From: Candidatus Eiseniibacteriota bacterium
GTDB taxonomy: Bacteria > Joyebacterota > Joyebacteria > Joyebacterales > Joyebacteraceae
DNA: 37,572 bases
Assembly: GCA_043819135.1 (NCBI GenBank)
Contig: JBDRFG010000023.1
Coordinates: 1-37,572, forward strand
Direction: 5' to 3'
Part shown: positions 8,554 to 18,602 of the stretch, piece after piece
How positions within the stretch are numbered: position 1 is the stretch's first letter
Layout: the number at the start of each line of letters is the position of its first letter
Translations under genes and position numbers: made by a program
Notes under the pieces: model-generated
Seen by the model: only the letters and a program-made list of their open reading frames with translations
Told to the model about the DNA's origin: nothing
Databases searched by the model: none

Positions 8554-9936
8554 CTATCCGGAGTGGATGCTCAGCCCTTCGACGTCCTCGGAGGCCTCCA
8601 TGACCGATTCCGCCAGCGTCGGATGTGCGTGTATCATCCCGGCCAGCCTGTCGAACGAGAGCTCGGCCTCGACCGCCAGCGCGACCTCGTGGATCAGGTC
8701 CGAGGCGTGAGGTCCGACCACGACTCCCCCGACCACGCGACCGCTCGCGGCCTCGCACAGGATCTTAACGAAACCCCGCCCTTCTCCCTCGGCCAGAGCC
8801 TTGCCTGAGGCGGCGAACGAGAACCTCCCGGACGAGAGTTCGATGCCGCTCTCCCCCGCGTCCTTCTCGGTCACGCCCACGCTCGCTATCTCGGGCCTGG
8901 TGAACGTGCACCTGGGTACGACGCGATAGTCCATCGCGAGGTCACGGCCGGCCGCGTTGGACGCCGCCACGATGCCCTCTCTGGAAGCGACGTGCGCCAG
9001 CAGCCAGCCTCCGACCAGATCGCCGACCGCGTAGATGCCGGGGAGCGAGGTCTCCATCTTCTCGTTGACGGCGACGGCCCGGCCCTTGACACCGATGCCG
9101 GCCTCCGGGATGCCCGAGCCTCCCGAGCTTGGGGCGCGGCCCATCGCCAGGAGCACGCGTCCCGTCTCGATCGACGTTCCGTCCGCGAGCGTCGTCCGCG
9201 CCGCGTCGCCCTCTATCTCGATGGACTCGACCCTCGTTCCCGTTCGCACGTCCACGCCCTTCTTCTTCATCGCCGCCTTGAGGAGCCTGACCGCCGACGG
9301 ATCCTCCCCCTGCAGTATCTCGGGCAGCATCTCGACGAGCGTGACGGAGAGTCCCAGAGACGAGTAGAATCCCGCGAACTCACAGCCGACGGCGCCGGCG
9401 CCTATGATGAGCACGTCGGGCGGCAGGTCCGACGACTCGAGCGCTTCGCGCGTCGTAACGACGACCCTGCCGTCGAAGGGGAACGCACCGGGAACGATCG
9501 GCGTCGATCCCGTCGCAAGTATGACACGCTCGCATTCTACCGCGACCTCGCCGTCGGGCCCCTCGACACTGACCTCGCCGGGCGCCAGGACGGACCCTAC
9601 GCCCGAATACACGGTCACCTTCCGCTTCTTCAGGAGCGTCTCGACGCCGCCGCGCAGGCGAGCGACCACTTCGTCCTTTCGCCTGAACATTGCTGGTACG
9701 TCCGCTCTGACGCCATCGACCGTCACGCCGAATTCCTCCGCGCGTTTCACGGCCTCGAGAAGCCCGGCGCTCGCCAGGAGCGCCTTCGTGGGGATGCACC
9801 CCCGGTTGAGACAGACCCCGCCCAGCTCCTCCTTCTCCACGAGCGCGACCCTGAGCCCGAGCTGGGCCGCCCTTATCGCCGCAACGTATCCTCCCGGCCC
9901 TCCACCGACCACCACTAGATCGAATCGCTCCGCCAT
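8554..9936 (-). CDS. lpdA: Dihydrolipoyl dehydrogenase
   Basis: GGGPGGYVAAIRAAQLG, GGVCLNRGCIPTK (redox disulfide), GAGAVG and HAHPTLAE; start ATG 9936 with GGAGGG RBS. Confidence 0.96.
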   Translation of the reverse strand: MAERFDLVVVGGGPGGYVAAIRAAQLGLRVALVEKEELGGVCLNRGCIPTKALLASAGLLEAVKRAEEFGVTVDGVRADVPAMFRRKDEVVARLRGGVETLLKKRKVTVYSGVGSVLAPGEVSVEGPDGEVAVECERVILATGSTPIVPGAFPFDGRVVVTTREALESSDLPPDVLIIGAGAVGCEFAGFYSSLGLSVTLVEMLPEILQGEDPSAVRLLKAAMKKKGVDVRTGTRVESIEIEGDAARTTLADGTSIETGRVLLAMGRAPSSGGSGIPEAGIGVKGRAVAVNEKMETSLPGIYAVGDLVGGWLLAHVASREGIVAASNAAGRDLAMDYRVVPRCTFTRPEIASVGVTEKDAGESGIELSSGRFSFAASGKALAEGEGRGFVKILCEAASGRVVGGVVVGPHASDLIHEVALAVEAELSFDRLAGMIHAHPTLAESVMEASEDVEGLSIHSG

Positions 9937-10008
9937 CTCAACCCTCCGCGACTCCGGGAAACGCGTGGGCGCGGGCCCCGGATGTGTGTTGTCAGCTGTG
10001 CCGCAATG

Positions 10009-10038
10009 AGCGTAGCCGGGCGGGTCGGGGGCTGTCAA
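10009..10038 (-). promoter_or_regulatory. Putative lpdA promoter
   Basis: TTGACA-18 bp-TACGCT. Confidence 0.5.
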
Positions 10039-10062
10039 GCCGTGGTCGAAGCAACGGACGCG

Positions 10063-10091
10063 TTGACCCGTCAGACGTGATGTGGTAGATG
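10063..10091 (+). promoter_or_regulatory. Putative aspartokinase promoter, back-to-back with the lpdA promoter
   Basis: TTGACC-17 bp-TAGATG with TGTG before the -10 box. Confidence 0.45.
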
Positions 10092-10163
10092 GATAGGCAC
10101 ACACGAGACAGCGCCGGCGCGGGAATGCGCGCTGCAGAGCGGCAAACGACACACGGGAGTTCA

Positions 10164-11318
10164 ATGGCAACGATCGTTCAGAAATATGGGGGAACCTCGA
10201 TCGACGGCCGCGAGCGGATCCTCGCGATCGCTGGTAGGGTCGCGGCGCTCAGGAAGAGCGGACACGACGTCGTCGTGGTCGTCTCGGCCCCGGGAGGCAC
10301 GACCGACGCGCTCCTCCGGGACGCCGGGGCGCTGGCCGCCGAGCCGAACCAGCGCGAGCTGGACATGCTGATGACCGCCGGCGAACGGATATCGATGTCG
10401 CTTCTCTCCATAGCGCTGAACTCGATCGGCTGTCCCGCGGTCTCCTTCACCGGCTCTCAGGTGGGCATAATCACGGACACCAGGCACACGAACGCCCGCA
10501 TCCTGGAGGTGCGGCCCGACAGGGTGGTTCGCGAGCTGGCATCGGGCAGCGTCGTGGTCGTCGGCGGGTTCCAGGGCGTGAGCACGGCGAAGGACGTGAC
10601 GACGCTGGGCAGAGGGGGGTCCGACACGACCGCCGTCGCCCTGGCGGCGGCGCTGGACGCCGAGCGTTGTGAGATACTGACGGACGTCGACGGGGTCTAT
10701 ACCGCCGACCCGAACGTGGTGCCGGCGGCCGTGAAGATAGCCGAGATCTCGTTCGAGGACATGTGCGAGCTCGCGAGGCACGGTGCGACAGTGCTCAAGG
10801 AGGACGCCGTCCGATTCGCGGAGAAGAACGGCATCTCGTTGCACGTGCGCCGGAGCGCGTCGGACTCCGTGGGCACGATAGTTCTGGGCGAACCCACGCG
10901 GCCGAGTCCGCCGGTCGCCGGGCTCTCACTGCTGGGCGACGTCGAGCTGGTGACGTGGGAGACCGCGCCGGCCGCCGCTGTCGCCGCGCGCATCGTCGAA
11001 CTCAGGGAACACGTTAAGTTCGTCACAACGCTGGGGGATCGGACGATTGCCGCCGTCGAGCGAGCGGCGATGGGAGACCTTCTCGAGCGGAACGATGAGA
11101 GCGTCACTGTCCGCCGGGCGGATCTCGTATGCGCTGTCGGCCGCGAGGCCGGGTCGGCCGCATCCGCGGCGGCCGCCATGTCGGCCGTCGTAGGCGCAGG
11201 CGAAGAACTCCTTGCTATGGTCTCGGGAGGGCGATCGACGGTGCTGGCGATAAGACCGGAAGGTTCTGGCCGGATCCTCGAGGCGCTCCACGAGGTGTTC
11301 TTTCCATCGGCCAGGTAA
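10164..11318 (+). CDS. lysC: Aspartate kinase with a divergent C-terminal regulatory region
   Basis: [41 protein letters not shown] and [11 protein letters not shown] motifs. Confidence 0.9.
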   Translation: MATIVQKYGGTSIDGRERILAIAGRVAALRKSGHDVVVVVSAPGGTTDALLRDAGALAAEPNQRELDMLMTAGERISMSLLSIALNSIGCPAVSFTGSQVGIITDTRHTNARILEVRPDRVVRELASGSVVVVGGFQGVSTAKDVTTLGRGGSDTTAVALAAALDAERCEILTDVDGVYTADPNVVPAAVKIAEISFEDMCELARHGATVLKEDAVRFAEKNGISLHVRRSASDSVGTIVLGEPTRPSPPVAGLSLLGDVELVTWETAPAAAVAARIVELREHVKFVTTLGDRTIAAVERAAMGDLLERNDESVTVRRADLVCAVGREAGSAASAAAAMSAVVGAGEELLAMVSGGRSTVLAIRPEGSGRILEALHEVFFPSAR

Positions 11319-11324
11319 GGACCG

Positions 11325-12848
11325 CTAGGCCTGGACCTTCTTTCCCCTGATGTATAGAGCGGAAACGCGGATGTCCCTGATGGCGTCCGGGCTGACCTCG
11401 AACGGGTCATCCTCCAGTACGGTGAAGCTGGCTTCCTTCCCCACTTCCAGAGTGCCCCTTGTCGATTCGTCGAACGATATCCGCGCGGCCCCGCTCGTGA
11501 AGAGCGCGACAGCATCGAAGACGGACAGACGCTCCGACTCGTTCGGCCGGTTGACGGCCGAGTGGATGCCCAACCGTGAGTCCATCGGGGTCACGTAGGA
11601 ATCGGAGCCTCCCGCCAGGGGGATCCCGGAACTGAGCATGGTCCTGTGGGGATTGGTGCGGTTCGCGCGTGCGGCTCCCAGCCGTTTCTCTATCATGCCG
11701 CCGGGTCCGCCCCAGAGGAACTCGAACGTCGGCTGCACGCAGGGGCATACACCCGTGCCGGCGATGGTCGCGATGTGCTCTTCGCTCGGAAGCTCGCAGT
11801 GCTCGATCCTGTGCCTCGCGGCGGCCGTCTCTCCTCCGCAGGCGGCAGAATAGCAGCGAAGCGCCTGATCGATCGCCCTCTCGCCCAGCGCGTGCACCGA
11901 GACCTGAAGACGTCTCGCGTGCGCCCTCCGGAAGAAGTCGATCAAGTGGTCGTCGTCGTAGTAGAGAACGCCCGTCCCCTCCCTGTCCTCGTAGGGCTGG
12001 GCCAGCGCCGCCGTGCCCGAACTGAACGAACCGTCCAGGAGCAGGCATCCGCCTATCCGGGGAAGCCCGAGGTCGACCACGCGATCGACGTCTTCAAACT
12101 GGGAGTATATGACCGTGTCTATCGGCAGCTCACTCTGGAGGTCCAGCAGGATCTCCACGTCACGGTCTCCCGGGACCTTGCTGCCGGCGAGCGCGTGTAC
12201 GACTCCGATGCCCCTGCTCGCCGCAAGCGCAGCCGCGCGACGGAAGCACTCGATCCGTTCCTCGCGCGTCAGAAACGACTCGGACTTCCGAACTGTGAAA
12301 GTGTATGCCTCCTCGCGAAGAGTGCCCGTTGCGCCGCCCGATTCGTCGCGCTCGACACCGTCCAGGCCGTCCGGAACGCCGATGAGCTCCCACGCCGCCG
12401 TGTTGACGACCCCGGAGTGGCCGTCGCGGCGCTTGACCAGTACGGGTACTGTCGAGGAAACACCGTCGAGTTCCTGCCGCGTGGGATACCTCCCGTCGGG
12501 CAGGAGGTCCGGGTCGAACGTGTGCGCACGCAGCAGAGCGCCCTCGTACGAGGCGACGGCGTCGGTGAGGATCGATAGCACGTCGTCGAACCGCCTCGCG
12601 ACGGAGAGATCGACGTCCACTTCCATGAGACCGGTCTGCAGGAAATGAACGTGGCAGTCGTGCAGCACGGGGATGATGGTGTTCGGGCGGAGATCGAGCA
12701 CGGTCGCGGTGTCCGACAGACCCGCCGGCGGCTCCCCTTCACCCGTCGATGAGATGCGGCCCGAGTCCATCAGCATCCAGTCCAGAACACGCCCGGGACC
12801 GTCCATGGGGCGCGCGCGCCCCCTGACGAGAACAGGTCTGTCGCTCAT
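11325..12848 (-). CDS. Amidohydrolase family 3 (YtcJ-like) metallohydrolase
   Basis: DCHVH, DGHSGVVNT, DGS, HALGE, RHRIEH, GSDS and GTLEVGK.A.F motifs. Confidence 0.9.
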   Translation of the reverse strand: MSDRPVLVRGRARPMDGPGRVLDWMLMDSGRISSTGEGEPPAGLSDTATVLDLRPNTIIPVLHDCHVHFLQTGLMEVDVDLSVARRFDDVLSILTDAVASYEGALLRAHTFDPDLLPDGRYPTRQELDGVSSTVPVLVKRRDGHSGVVNTAAWELIGVPDGLDGVERDESGGATGTLREEAYTFTVRKSESFLTREERIECFRRAAALAASRGIGVVHALAGSKVPGDRDVEILLDLQSELPIDTVIYSQFEDVDRVVDLGLPRIGGCLLLDGSFSSGTAALAQPYEDREGTGVLYYDDDHLIDFFRRAHARRLQVSVHALGERAIDQALRCYSAACGGETAAARHRIEHCELPSEEHIATIAGTGVCPCVQPTFEFLWGGPGGMIEKRLGAARANRTNPHRTMLSSGIPLAGGSDSYVTPMDSRLGIHSAVNRPNESERLSVFDAVALFTSGAARISFDESTRGTLEVGKEASFTVLEDDPFEVSPDAIRDIRVSALYIRGKKVQA

Positions 12849-12857
12849 GCTGTCTCC

Positions 12858-14123
12858 TCAGATCCTGCTGACCTCGTGCAGTACGAACTCGCCGAAACCC
12901 TCCCGGTCGACGAACACGTACTTCGTGTGGTCGGTGTAGTAGTACCAGATCTCCCAGGCGTTGAGCATCTGCCCGACCGGCTGCGAGTCTACGTCGTCGG
13001 GCTCGCCCTGTTGTATGTAGACGCGCCCCATGTCGGTCTGCCAGCCATCAACGATCGACCTGAACTGCCCGTTGGCGTAGCCCAGCCGCCTGAGAAACTC
13101 CGCCTTGAACTCGTTGACGGCAGTCGCGGGGTCCGGGTCACGCCCGGCCCAGAACTCGTCCCAGACCGGACCTCTCTCTTCGGGCGGCACGCTCGTCAGC
13201 ATGTCCATCTCGTCTCTCGTGGCGACGTAGCTGATCTGTGCGAGCATCTTCTCCTCGTCCTCGCCCCAGCTCAGCGGCGACGTGACGACGCGGAACCTCG
13301 ACTTGGCGCTGACCGCTCGCCCCTGCGGAGAGGGAAACACTTCAACCTCGAGGACGTGCGGGCCCACATCGAGGTCGAGCACGTTGAACTCGAACACGTA
13401 CTCCCGAAGGAAGTCCGACTGGACCACGGAGTCCCTGTGGCTCTTCTTCAGCAGGCCCCGCTCGTCCTTCACGGTCATCAGGATCGCGTAGCGCGAGTCG
13501 GGCGTGCCGTAGACGGGGACTATGACCCTGACGTCCGGCTTGTCCTCGCCGTACACGCGCGAGGGATTGGGAACCGTCTCGACCTCGCCCTGAGTCGCGT
13601 CGGAGCCGTTGGTCTCGAAGAGCACGGTTCCCAGCGTCAGCTCGCCCGGCTTCATCCGGGGAACGGTTACCGTGCGCTCGATCTGGCCCGTCGCCCGCGT
13701 GTCGATGCTCGTCAGTTCCAGCTTGAGTGTGTAGCGCCCGGGCGGAACGGCGAACAGGAATTCATCCGTTGCGGCCGTCCGGCGCTCGTTGGTCTCGTCG
13801 TAGGTCGCCGCCCGAACGGTCCTGCGCCACGAGTCGCCCGTCACCTGCCGTCCGTTCGTGTCGTACAGGATGGCGGTGATCTCGAACCTCGCGCGATAGC
13901 CACCCTCGTGTCGCAGGAAGTGCAGCGCGTCGTACGTCACGGAGTAGTCCACGGTGATCGTGCCCTCTCCGTTCGCCGCCGGAGCGACGGAAACGTCCGC
14001 GGAGAACCGCATGCCCCCCATGCTCGCCGGGGTGCCCACGTCCACCGGAGCGCCGTTAGCGGCCAGGCAGACCGCAAGGATCAGTGTGCCGGACGCAAAC
14101 GTGCTGAGCAGCGAAGTCCGCAT
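12858..14123 (-). CDS. GWxTD domain-containing exported protein
   Basis: Signal peptide; FWAGRDPDPATAVNEFK..F.RR..YAN..F....GWQTDMGRVYI..GEPD. Confidence 0.9.
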   Translation of the reverse strand: MRTSLLSTFASGTLILAVCLAANGAPVDVGTPASMGGMRFSADVSVAPAANGEGTITVDYSVTYDALHFLRHEGGYRARFEITAILYDTNGRQVTGDSWRRTVRAATYDETNERRTAATDEFLFAVPPGRYTLKLELTSIDTRATGQIERTVTVPRMKPGELTLGTVLFETNGSDATQGEVETVPNPSRVYGEDKPDVRVIVPVYGTPDSRYAILMTVKDERGLLKKSHRDSVVQSDFLREYVFEFNVLDLDVGPHVLEVEVFPSPQGRAVSAKSRFRVVTSPLSWGEDEEKMLAQISYVATRDEMDMLTSVPPEERGPVWDEFWAGRDPDPATAVNEFKAEFLRRLGYANGQFRSIVDGWQTDMGRVYIQQGEPDDVDSQPVGQMLNAWEIWYYYTDHTKYVFVDREGFGEFVLHEVSRI

Positions 14124-15422
14124 TTACTCGTACCTCAATGCTTCAATGGGGTCCAGCTTCGCGGCCTTGGAGGCCGGGTAGTAACCGAAGAACACCCCTA
14201 CTGTGGTCGAAACCCCCAGCGCAAGAAAGACCGACCACGGCTGTATGCTCGCCGGCATCGGCGTCGCCGAGGCTATGAGCGCGGCGAGACCGGCGGCGGC
14301 CAACAGACCGAGGAGTCCACCCAACGCCGACAGCACCGTGGCCTCGACCAGGAACTGCGTCAGCACGTCGCGCGAGCGGGCGCCCACGGCCTTCCTGATC
14401 CCGATCTCCCGCGTACGCTCCGTGACCGATACCATCATGATGTTCATGATGCCCACGCCACCCACGATCAGCGCGATGGCCGATATGCCGATCATGACGA
14501 TCCAGGTGACGTTGGTCAGGTTCTCGTACATCTCAACCAGCTGTTCCTGAGTGATCATCTCGAAGTTGTCGTCGTCCTCCGCACGGAGTCCCCGCCGCGA
14601 GCGCAGGACGCGCGTCACCTGCTCCATCGCCTCGTCTATCACCTCGGAGTTCGCCGCTTTCACCGCAAGCCGGGTCGTCAGCCTCTCTCCGAAAAGCTTG
14701 CTGACGGTCTTGTAGGGTACTATGACGTAGTTGTCCAGGTCCTGTCCGAAGAGCTGGCCCATCTGCTCCATCACACCCACGACCCGAAACCTGCGGTCGC
14801 CGACGAGCACGTTCTTCCCGATGGGGTCCTCTCCCGGGAACAGGTGCTCGGCCACCGGGGCGCCCAAGACGATCACCTGGCGCCGCCTTTCGGCCTCGGG
14901 CCACGCGAAGAACCTCCCATCGCCGACGTCGCTGTCGGCGACGTATTGATACTCGGGAGTCACACCCATCACAGGAACCGAACGCGTCGACTCGGATCCG
15001 CGCTTGATCTTCCTCATCACGAACGTCTGAGGCGACACGGCCTCCACGTCGGGACAGAGTTCGGCCACCGCCTCGGCGTCGCTGTAGGTGAAGTCCGGAC
15101 GCCGTATGTACTGAAGGTACTGCTCGTAGTTGACGTTCCCCGCCGGCATCTTCGTGACCGTGAACGTGTTCGTTCCCATCGAGCGGAAGAGGTCGAGCAC
15201 GCTCTCGTTGATGCCCGATATGAGCGCGACCATGGCGACTACGTTCATCACGCCGATCATGATGCCGAGCGCGGTTAGTGTGGCCCGCACCTTGTTGGCT
15301 CGAATCGCATTGAACGCGGCCAGCATGCTCTCGAGCAGCCGGTTGGACGGCACGCCGCCGGACCCCGCTCGCCGCCGAACGCCCGAGTTCGGGCGCGCCG
15401 TCCTGTCGAGCGATGCGCTCAT
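14124..15422 (-). CDS. ABC transporter permease, MacB/FtsX family
   Basis: ANKVRATLTALGIMIGV and GGVGIMNIMMVSVTERTREIGIRKAVGA...PASKAAKLDPIEALRYE. Confidence 0.95.
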   Translation of the reverse strand: MSASLDRTARPNSGVRRRAGSGGVPSNRLLESMLAAFNAIRANKVRATLTALGIMIGVMNVVAMVALISGINESVLDLFRSMGTNTFTVTKMPAGNVNYEQYLQYIRRPDFTYSDAEAVAELCPDVEAVSPQTFVMRKIKRGSESTRSVPVMGVTPEYQYVADSDVGDGRFFAWPEAERRRQVIVLGAPVAEHLFPGEDPIGKNVLVGDRRFRVVGVMEQMGQLFGQDLDNYVIVPYKTVSKLFGERLTTRLAVKAANSEVIDEAMEQVTRVLRSRRGLRAEDDDNFEMITQEQLVEMYENLTNVTWIVMIGISAIALIVGGVGIMNIMMVSVTERTREIGIRKAVGARSRDVLTQFLVEATVLSALGGLLGLLAAAGLAALIASATPMPASIQPWSVFLALGVSTTVGVFFGYYPASKAAKLDPIEALRYE

Positions 15423-16630
15423 TCGTACCTCAGTGCTTCGATGGGTATGAGCCTGCTGGCGCGAAGGGCCGGATAGAACCCGAACGCGAGGCCCGTGACC
15501 ACGGCGAAACCAGCGGCCAGAGCGACCGCCGCCGGAGTGACGGAGGCCGGCAGCGGCGTCGCGGCCTTGACGAGCAGCCCGATCGCGGACCCACCTATGA
15601 TGCCGATGATGCCCCCCAGTCCGGTCAGGATTATGGACTCGATCAGAAACTGCGACGCGATGTCTCTTCTCTTGGCGCCGATGGCCTTCCGAACGCCGAT
15701 CTCGCGGGTGCGCTCGGCGACGGAGACGAGCATGACGTTCATCACGCCGATGCCGCCCACGAGAAGCGCGAGCGCGACGATACCGGTCATCGCGAAGTAC
15801 AGCACCCCGGTCAGGCTGTTGTAGGCCGACATCAGGTCGTCCTGCGTGTTGATGGCGAAATCGTCGGGCGCCCCTCTCGCGACTCCGCGCCGAATCCTCA
15901 TGAGCTGTCGGATATCGTCCATCGTGCGCTCGATGGGCATTCCATCGGCGGGCGAGCAGTCGATGACCACGGACCTCCGCGAACCGAACGCCTTCTCGAA
16001 CGAGGTGATGGGTATCAGGACCAGGTCGTCCATGCTCTCACCGAAGATATCACCCTTCGACTCCAGCACGCCGACGACCGTGAACCGCTTCCCGCCGACG
16101 CGGACGTCCTTCTCAAGCGGGTCTCGCACGGGGAACAACTCCTCCGCGACAGCCGAGCCCAGCACCACCGATTGTCTGTGCCGGTCGACGTCCAGGTCGG
16201 TGATGAACCGCCCCGATTCGACGGTGAAGTTGTCGATGGTCTCGTACTCGGCCGTCGTCCCTGTCACGAGGGTGTACCGGACCGTCCTTCCCTCGTGGGC
16301 GATGTGCCTTCTCGTGTGAATGTTCGGCGACATCAGGCCGACGCTCGACAGACGCCCCACGGCCTCCGCGTCGGCGCTCGTGATGAGCTTGCGGTCCTGG
16401 TAGTCCTCGTTCTCGCCCATCTGGACCCACGGGTAGCGGCTGACGGAGATGATGTCGGTGCCCACGGACTGGAACTGCGCCGACACGCTGCTGTTCAACC
16501 CCGCGATGAGCGCCATGACGGCGACAAGCGCGCCCGTGCCGATCACGACGCCAAGCATAGTGAGCGCCGAGCGCATCTTGTGCGATCGGAGCGTCCGGAC
16601 GGAGCTCAGGAGTGTCTCTCGGAATTCCAT
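15419..16630 (-). CDS. ABC transporter permease, MacB/FtsX family
   Basis: HKMRSALTMLGVVIG, GGIGVMNVMLVSVAERTREIGVRKAIGA and PIEALRYE. Confidence 0.95.
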   Translation of the reverse strand: MEFRETLLSSVRTLRSHKMRSALTMLGVVIGTGALVAVMALIAGLNSSVSAQFQSVGTDIISVSRYPWVQMGENEDYQDRKLITSADAEAVGRLSSVGLMSPNIHTRRHIAHEGRTVRYTLVTGTTAEYETIDNFTVESGRFITDLDVDRHRQSVVLGSAVAEELFPVRDPLEKDVRVGGKRFTVVGVLESKGDIFGESMDDLVLIPITSFEKAFGSRRSVVIDCSPADGMPIERTMDDIRQLMRIRRGVARGAPDDFAINTQDDLMSAYNSLTGVLYFAMTGIVALALLVGGIGVMNVMLVSVAERTREIGVRKAIGAKRRDIASQFLIESIILTGLGGIIGIIGGSAIGLLVKAATPLPASVTPAAVALAAGFAVVTGLAFGFYPALRASRLIPIEALRYE

Positions 16631-16652
16631 AGTAGTTGCGCTCGGCCGCGCG

Positions 16653-17330
16653 TCAGCTCAGCGTGTCGCTGGCGATCCGGCCATCCAGCAGTTTGACTAT
16701 CCTCGCGGCGTGCTCGGCGATGTACTGCTCGTGCGTCACGAGAATGATCGTGTTGCCGGCGTTGCTCAGGTCACGAAAGATCTGCATTATCTCCTCGCCG
16801 GTCTTCGAGTCGAGATTGCCGGTCGGCTCGTCCGCGAGGAGTATGGAGGGCCTGTTGATGAGCGCCCTGGCGATGGCCACGCGCTGCCTCTGCCCGCCGG
16901 AGAGCTCGTTCGGCCTGTGGTGGGCGCGCTCCCTCAGGCCCACGGCGTCCATGGTCTCCCACACCCGCTCGGCACGCACGTTCCGCGCGGCGCGACCGTA
17001 GATGAGGGGAAGCTCCACGTTCTGGAACGCCGTCATTCGGGGCAGCAGGTTGAATGTCTGGAAGACGAACCCGATCTCCGCGCTGCGGATCTCCGCCAGC
17101 TCGTCGTCGTCGAGCGAGGCGACCTCCGTGCCCTTCAGAAGGTACGAACCATCGGAGGGCGTGTCGAGACAGCCCACGATGTTCATGAGGGTCGACTTTC
17201 CCGAGCCCGACGGTCCCATGATCGCGAGGTACTCGTTCTCCTCGACCGTGAGGTCGATGTCGCGGAGAGCGTGTACCTCCTGGGTGCCGACCTCGTAGGT
17301 CTTGGCGATGTCGCGCAGTTCGATCAACAC
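16653..17330 (-). CDS. ABC transporter ATP-binding protein, MacB/LolD family
   Basis: [33 protein letters not shown] and VTHE motifs. Confidence 0.96.
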   Translation of the reverse strand: MLIELRDIAKTYEVGTQEVHALRDIDLTVEENEYLAIMGPSGSGKSTLMNIVGCLDTPSDGSYLLKGTEVASLDDDELAEIRSAEIGFVFQTFNLLPRMTAFQNVELPLIYGRAARNVRAERVWETMDAVGLRERAHHRPNELSGGQRQRVAIARALINRPSILLADEPTGNLDSKTGEEIMQIFRDLSNAGNTIILVTHEQYIAEHAARIVKLLDGRIASDTLS

Positions 17331-17333
17331 CCG

Positions 17334-18572
17334 CTATTCCTCCATCTCGTCGGTCTCTTCCTCGTCTACTTTGAGATCCTCCCCGTTCTTCAGCTTGCGG
17401 AGCACCTTGTAGGGACCGGACACTATCTTCTGCCCTTCCTCGAGGTCACCCACCACCTCTATGGACAGCTCGTCGGCGATGCCGGTCGTGACCGGCACGA
17501 ACTGCGCCTGGTCGTTCTCGTCCACGATGAAGACGCCCTCTATCTCCTCTTCCTCGTCCCGCTCGCTCCGCTTCTTCTTCGGCTTCTTCTCCTCCTCGGC
17601 CTCGTCGTCGCCGGCCTTCTCGGCCAGTTCCGTCGGGGTGCGGGACACTATGGCCTGGATGGGGACGTTCAGGGCGTCCACGTGCTCGGCCGTCACGATC
17701 TCGACCGTCGCGGTCATGCCGGGCCTCAAAGCCTCGTGCGTGTCACCGACGAGCACGGTTACGAGGAAGTTAGTCACTTCCTCCTGCGTGCCTGCCATGC
17801 TGGTTATGCCTGAGTTCCCGACCTCGGTAACGACGCCGGGCAACAGCGTATCGGTCAGGGCCTCAACCTCGATCTCGGCGTCCTGCCCGATCTCGACGTC
17901 GACGATGTCCGTCTCGTCGATCTCGACCTCGACCTCCATATTCGCCAGATTGGAGATGGTCATGATCACAGTGCCCGGGGCGTTCATCGTGCCCGTGACG
18001 ACGTTCTCGCCTTCCTCGACGCTCAGGCGAGTCACCACACCCGCTATCGGCGAGTGGAACACGGTCTTGTCGAGCTGGTCGCTCGCGGCTCTGAGGGACG
18101 CCTTGGCCTCCGCGCATATCTGCCTCGCGGCGATCGCCCGGGCCTCGAAGTCTGCCTTCTCCTTCTCCGAGATCAGCGATTGCCCGAACTGCTCGATGGC
18201 GTCGGACAGCTCACGCTCCGTCGTCGCGCACTCGGCCGTGTTGCGCTCGACCCGCGCGAACGCCTGCTCGACCTGCGATCGGTAGTAAATGTCCTCCAGC
18301 CTCAGCAGGAACTGCCCTGCCTCCACCACATCGCCCTCGTCGACACCGAGGTCGACGATCCGCCCCATGACGCTGGAGCTGATCTGGACCTTGGTCTCGG
18401 CACGCACGCGACCGGGACCCGAGACCTTGGCGACTAACGTTCCGCGCTCTACCTCGTCGACCGTGACCTCCGTCCGGTCCTTCCTGTCCAACCCCAGGTT
18501 GCCGACGACCGCAGCGGCGATGACCACCACCACGACAACGGCAATGAGGATGTTCCTCCGCTTCTTGACCAT
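17334..18572 (-). CDS. Periplasmic adaptor (MFP, MacA-like)
   Basis: N-terminal TM segment; G.I..L.V.EGD.V..GQ.L and SPIAGVV lipoyl halves; EIDETDI..V..GQ; LRPGMTA. Confidence 0.93.
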   Translation of the reverse strand: MVKKRRNILIAVVVVVVIAAAVVGNLGLDRKDRTEVTVDEVERGTLVAKVSGPGRVRAETKVQISSSVMGRIVDLGVDEGDVVEAGQFLLRLEDIYYRSQVEQAFARVERNTAECATTERELSDAIEQFGQSLISEKEKADFEARAIAARQICAEAKASLRAASDQLDKTVFHSPIAGVVTRLSVEEGENVVTGTMNAPGTVIMTISNLANMEVEVEIDETDIVDVEIGQDAEIEVEALTDTLLPGVVTEVGNSGITSMAGTQEEVTNFLVTVLVGDTHEALRPGMTATVEIVTAEHVDALNVPIQAIVSRTPTELAEKAGDDEAEEEKKPKKKRSERDEEEEIEGVFIVDENDQAQFVPVTTGIADELSIEVVGDLEEGQKIVSGPYKVLRKLKNGEDLKVDEEETDEMEE

Positions 18573-18602
18573 GAGAGCCAGCCCCCCAACGCTCTCGCGA
18601 GC

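Noticed and set aside
9937..10170. N-terminal extensions of lpdA and aspartokinase in the ORF track
   Set aside because: Homology starts at 9936 and 10164, each with an RBS; the intervening DNA holds divergent promoters.
12876..15278. 800-aa plus-strand ORF and similar long antisense ORFs (20691-22172, 33890-35737, 24322-25728, 26354-27700)
   Set aside because: Shadow ORFs opposite well-supported genes.
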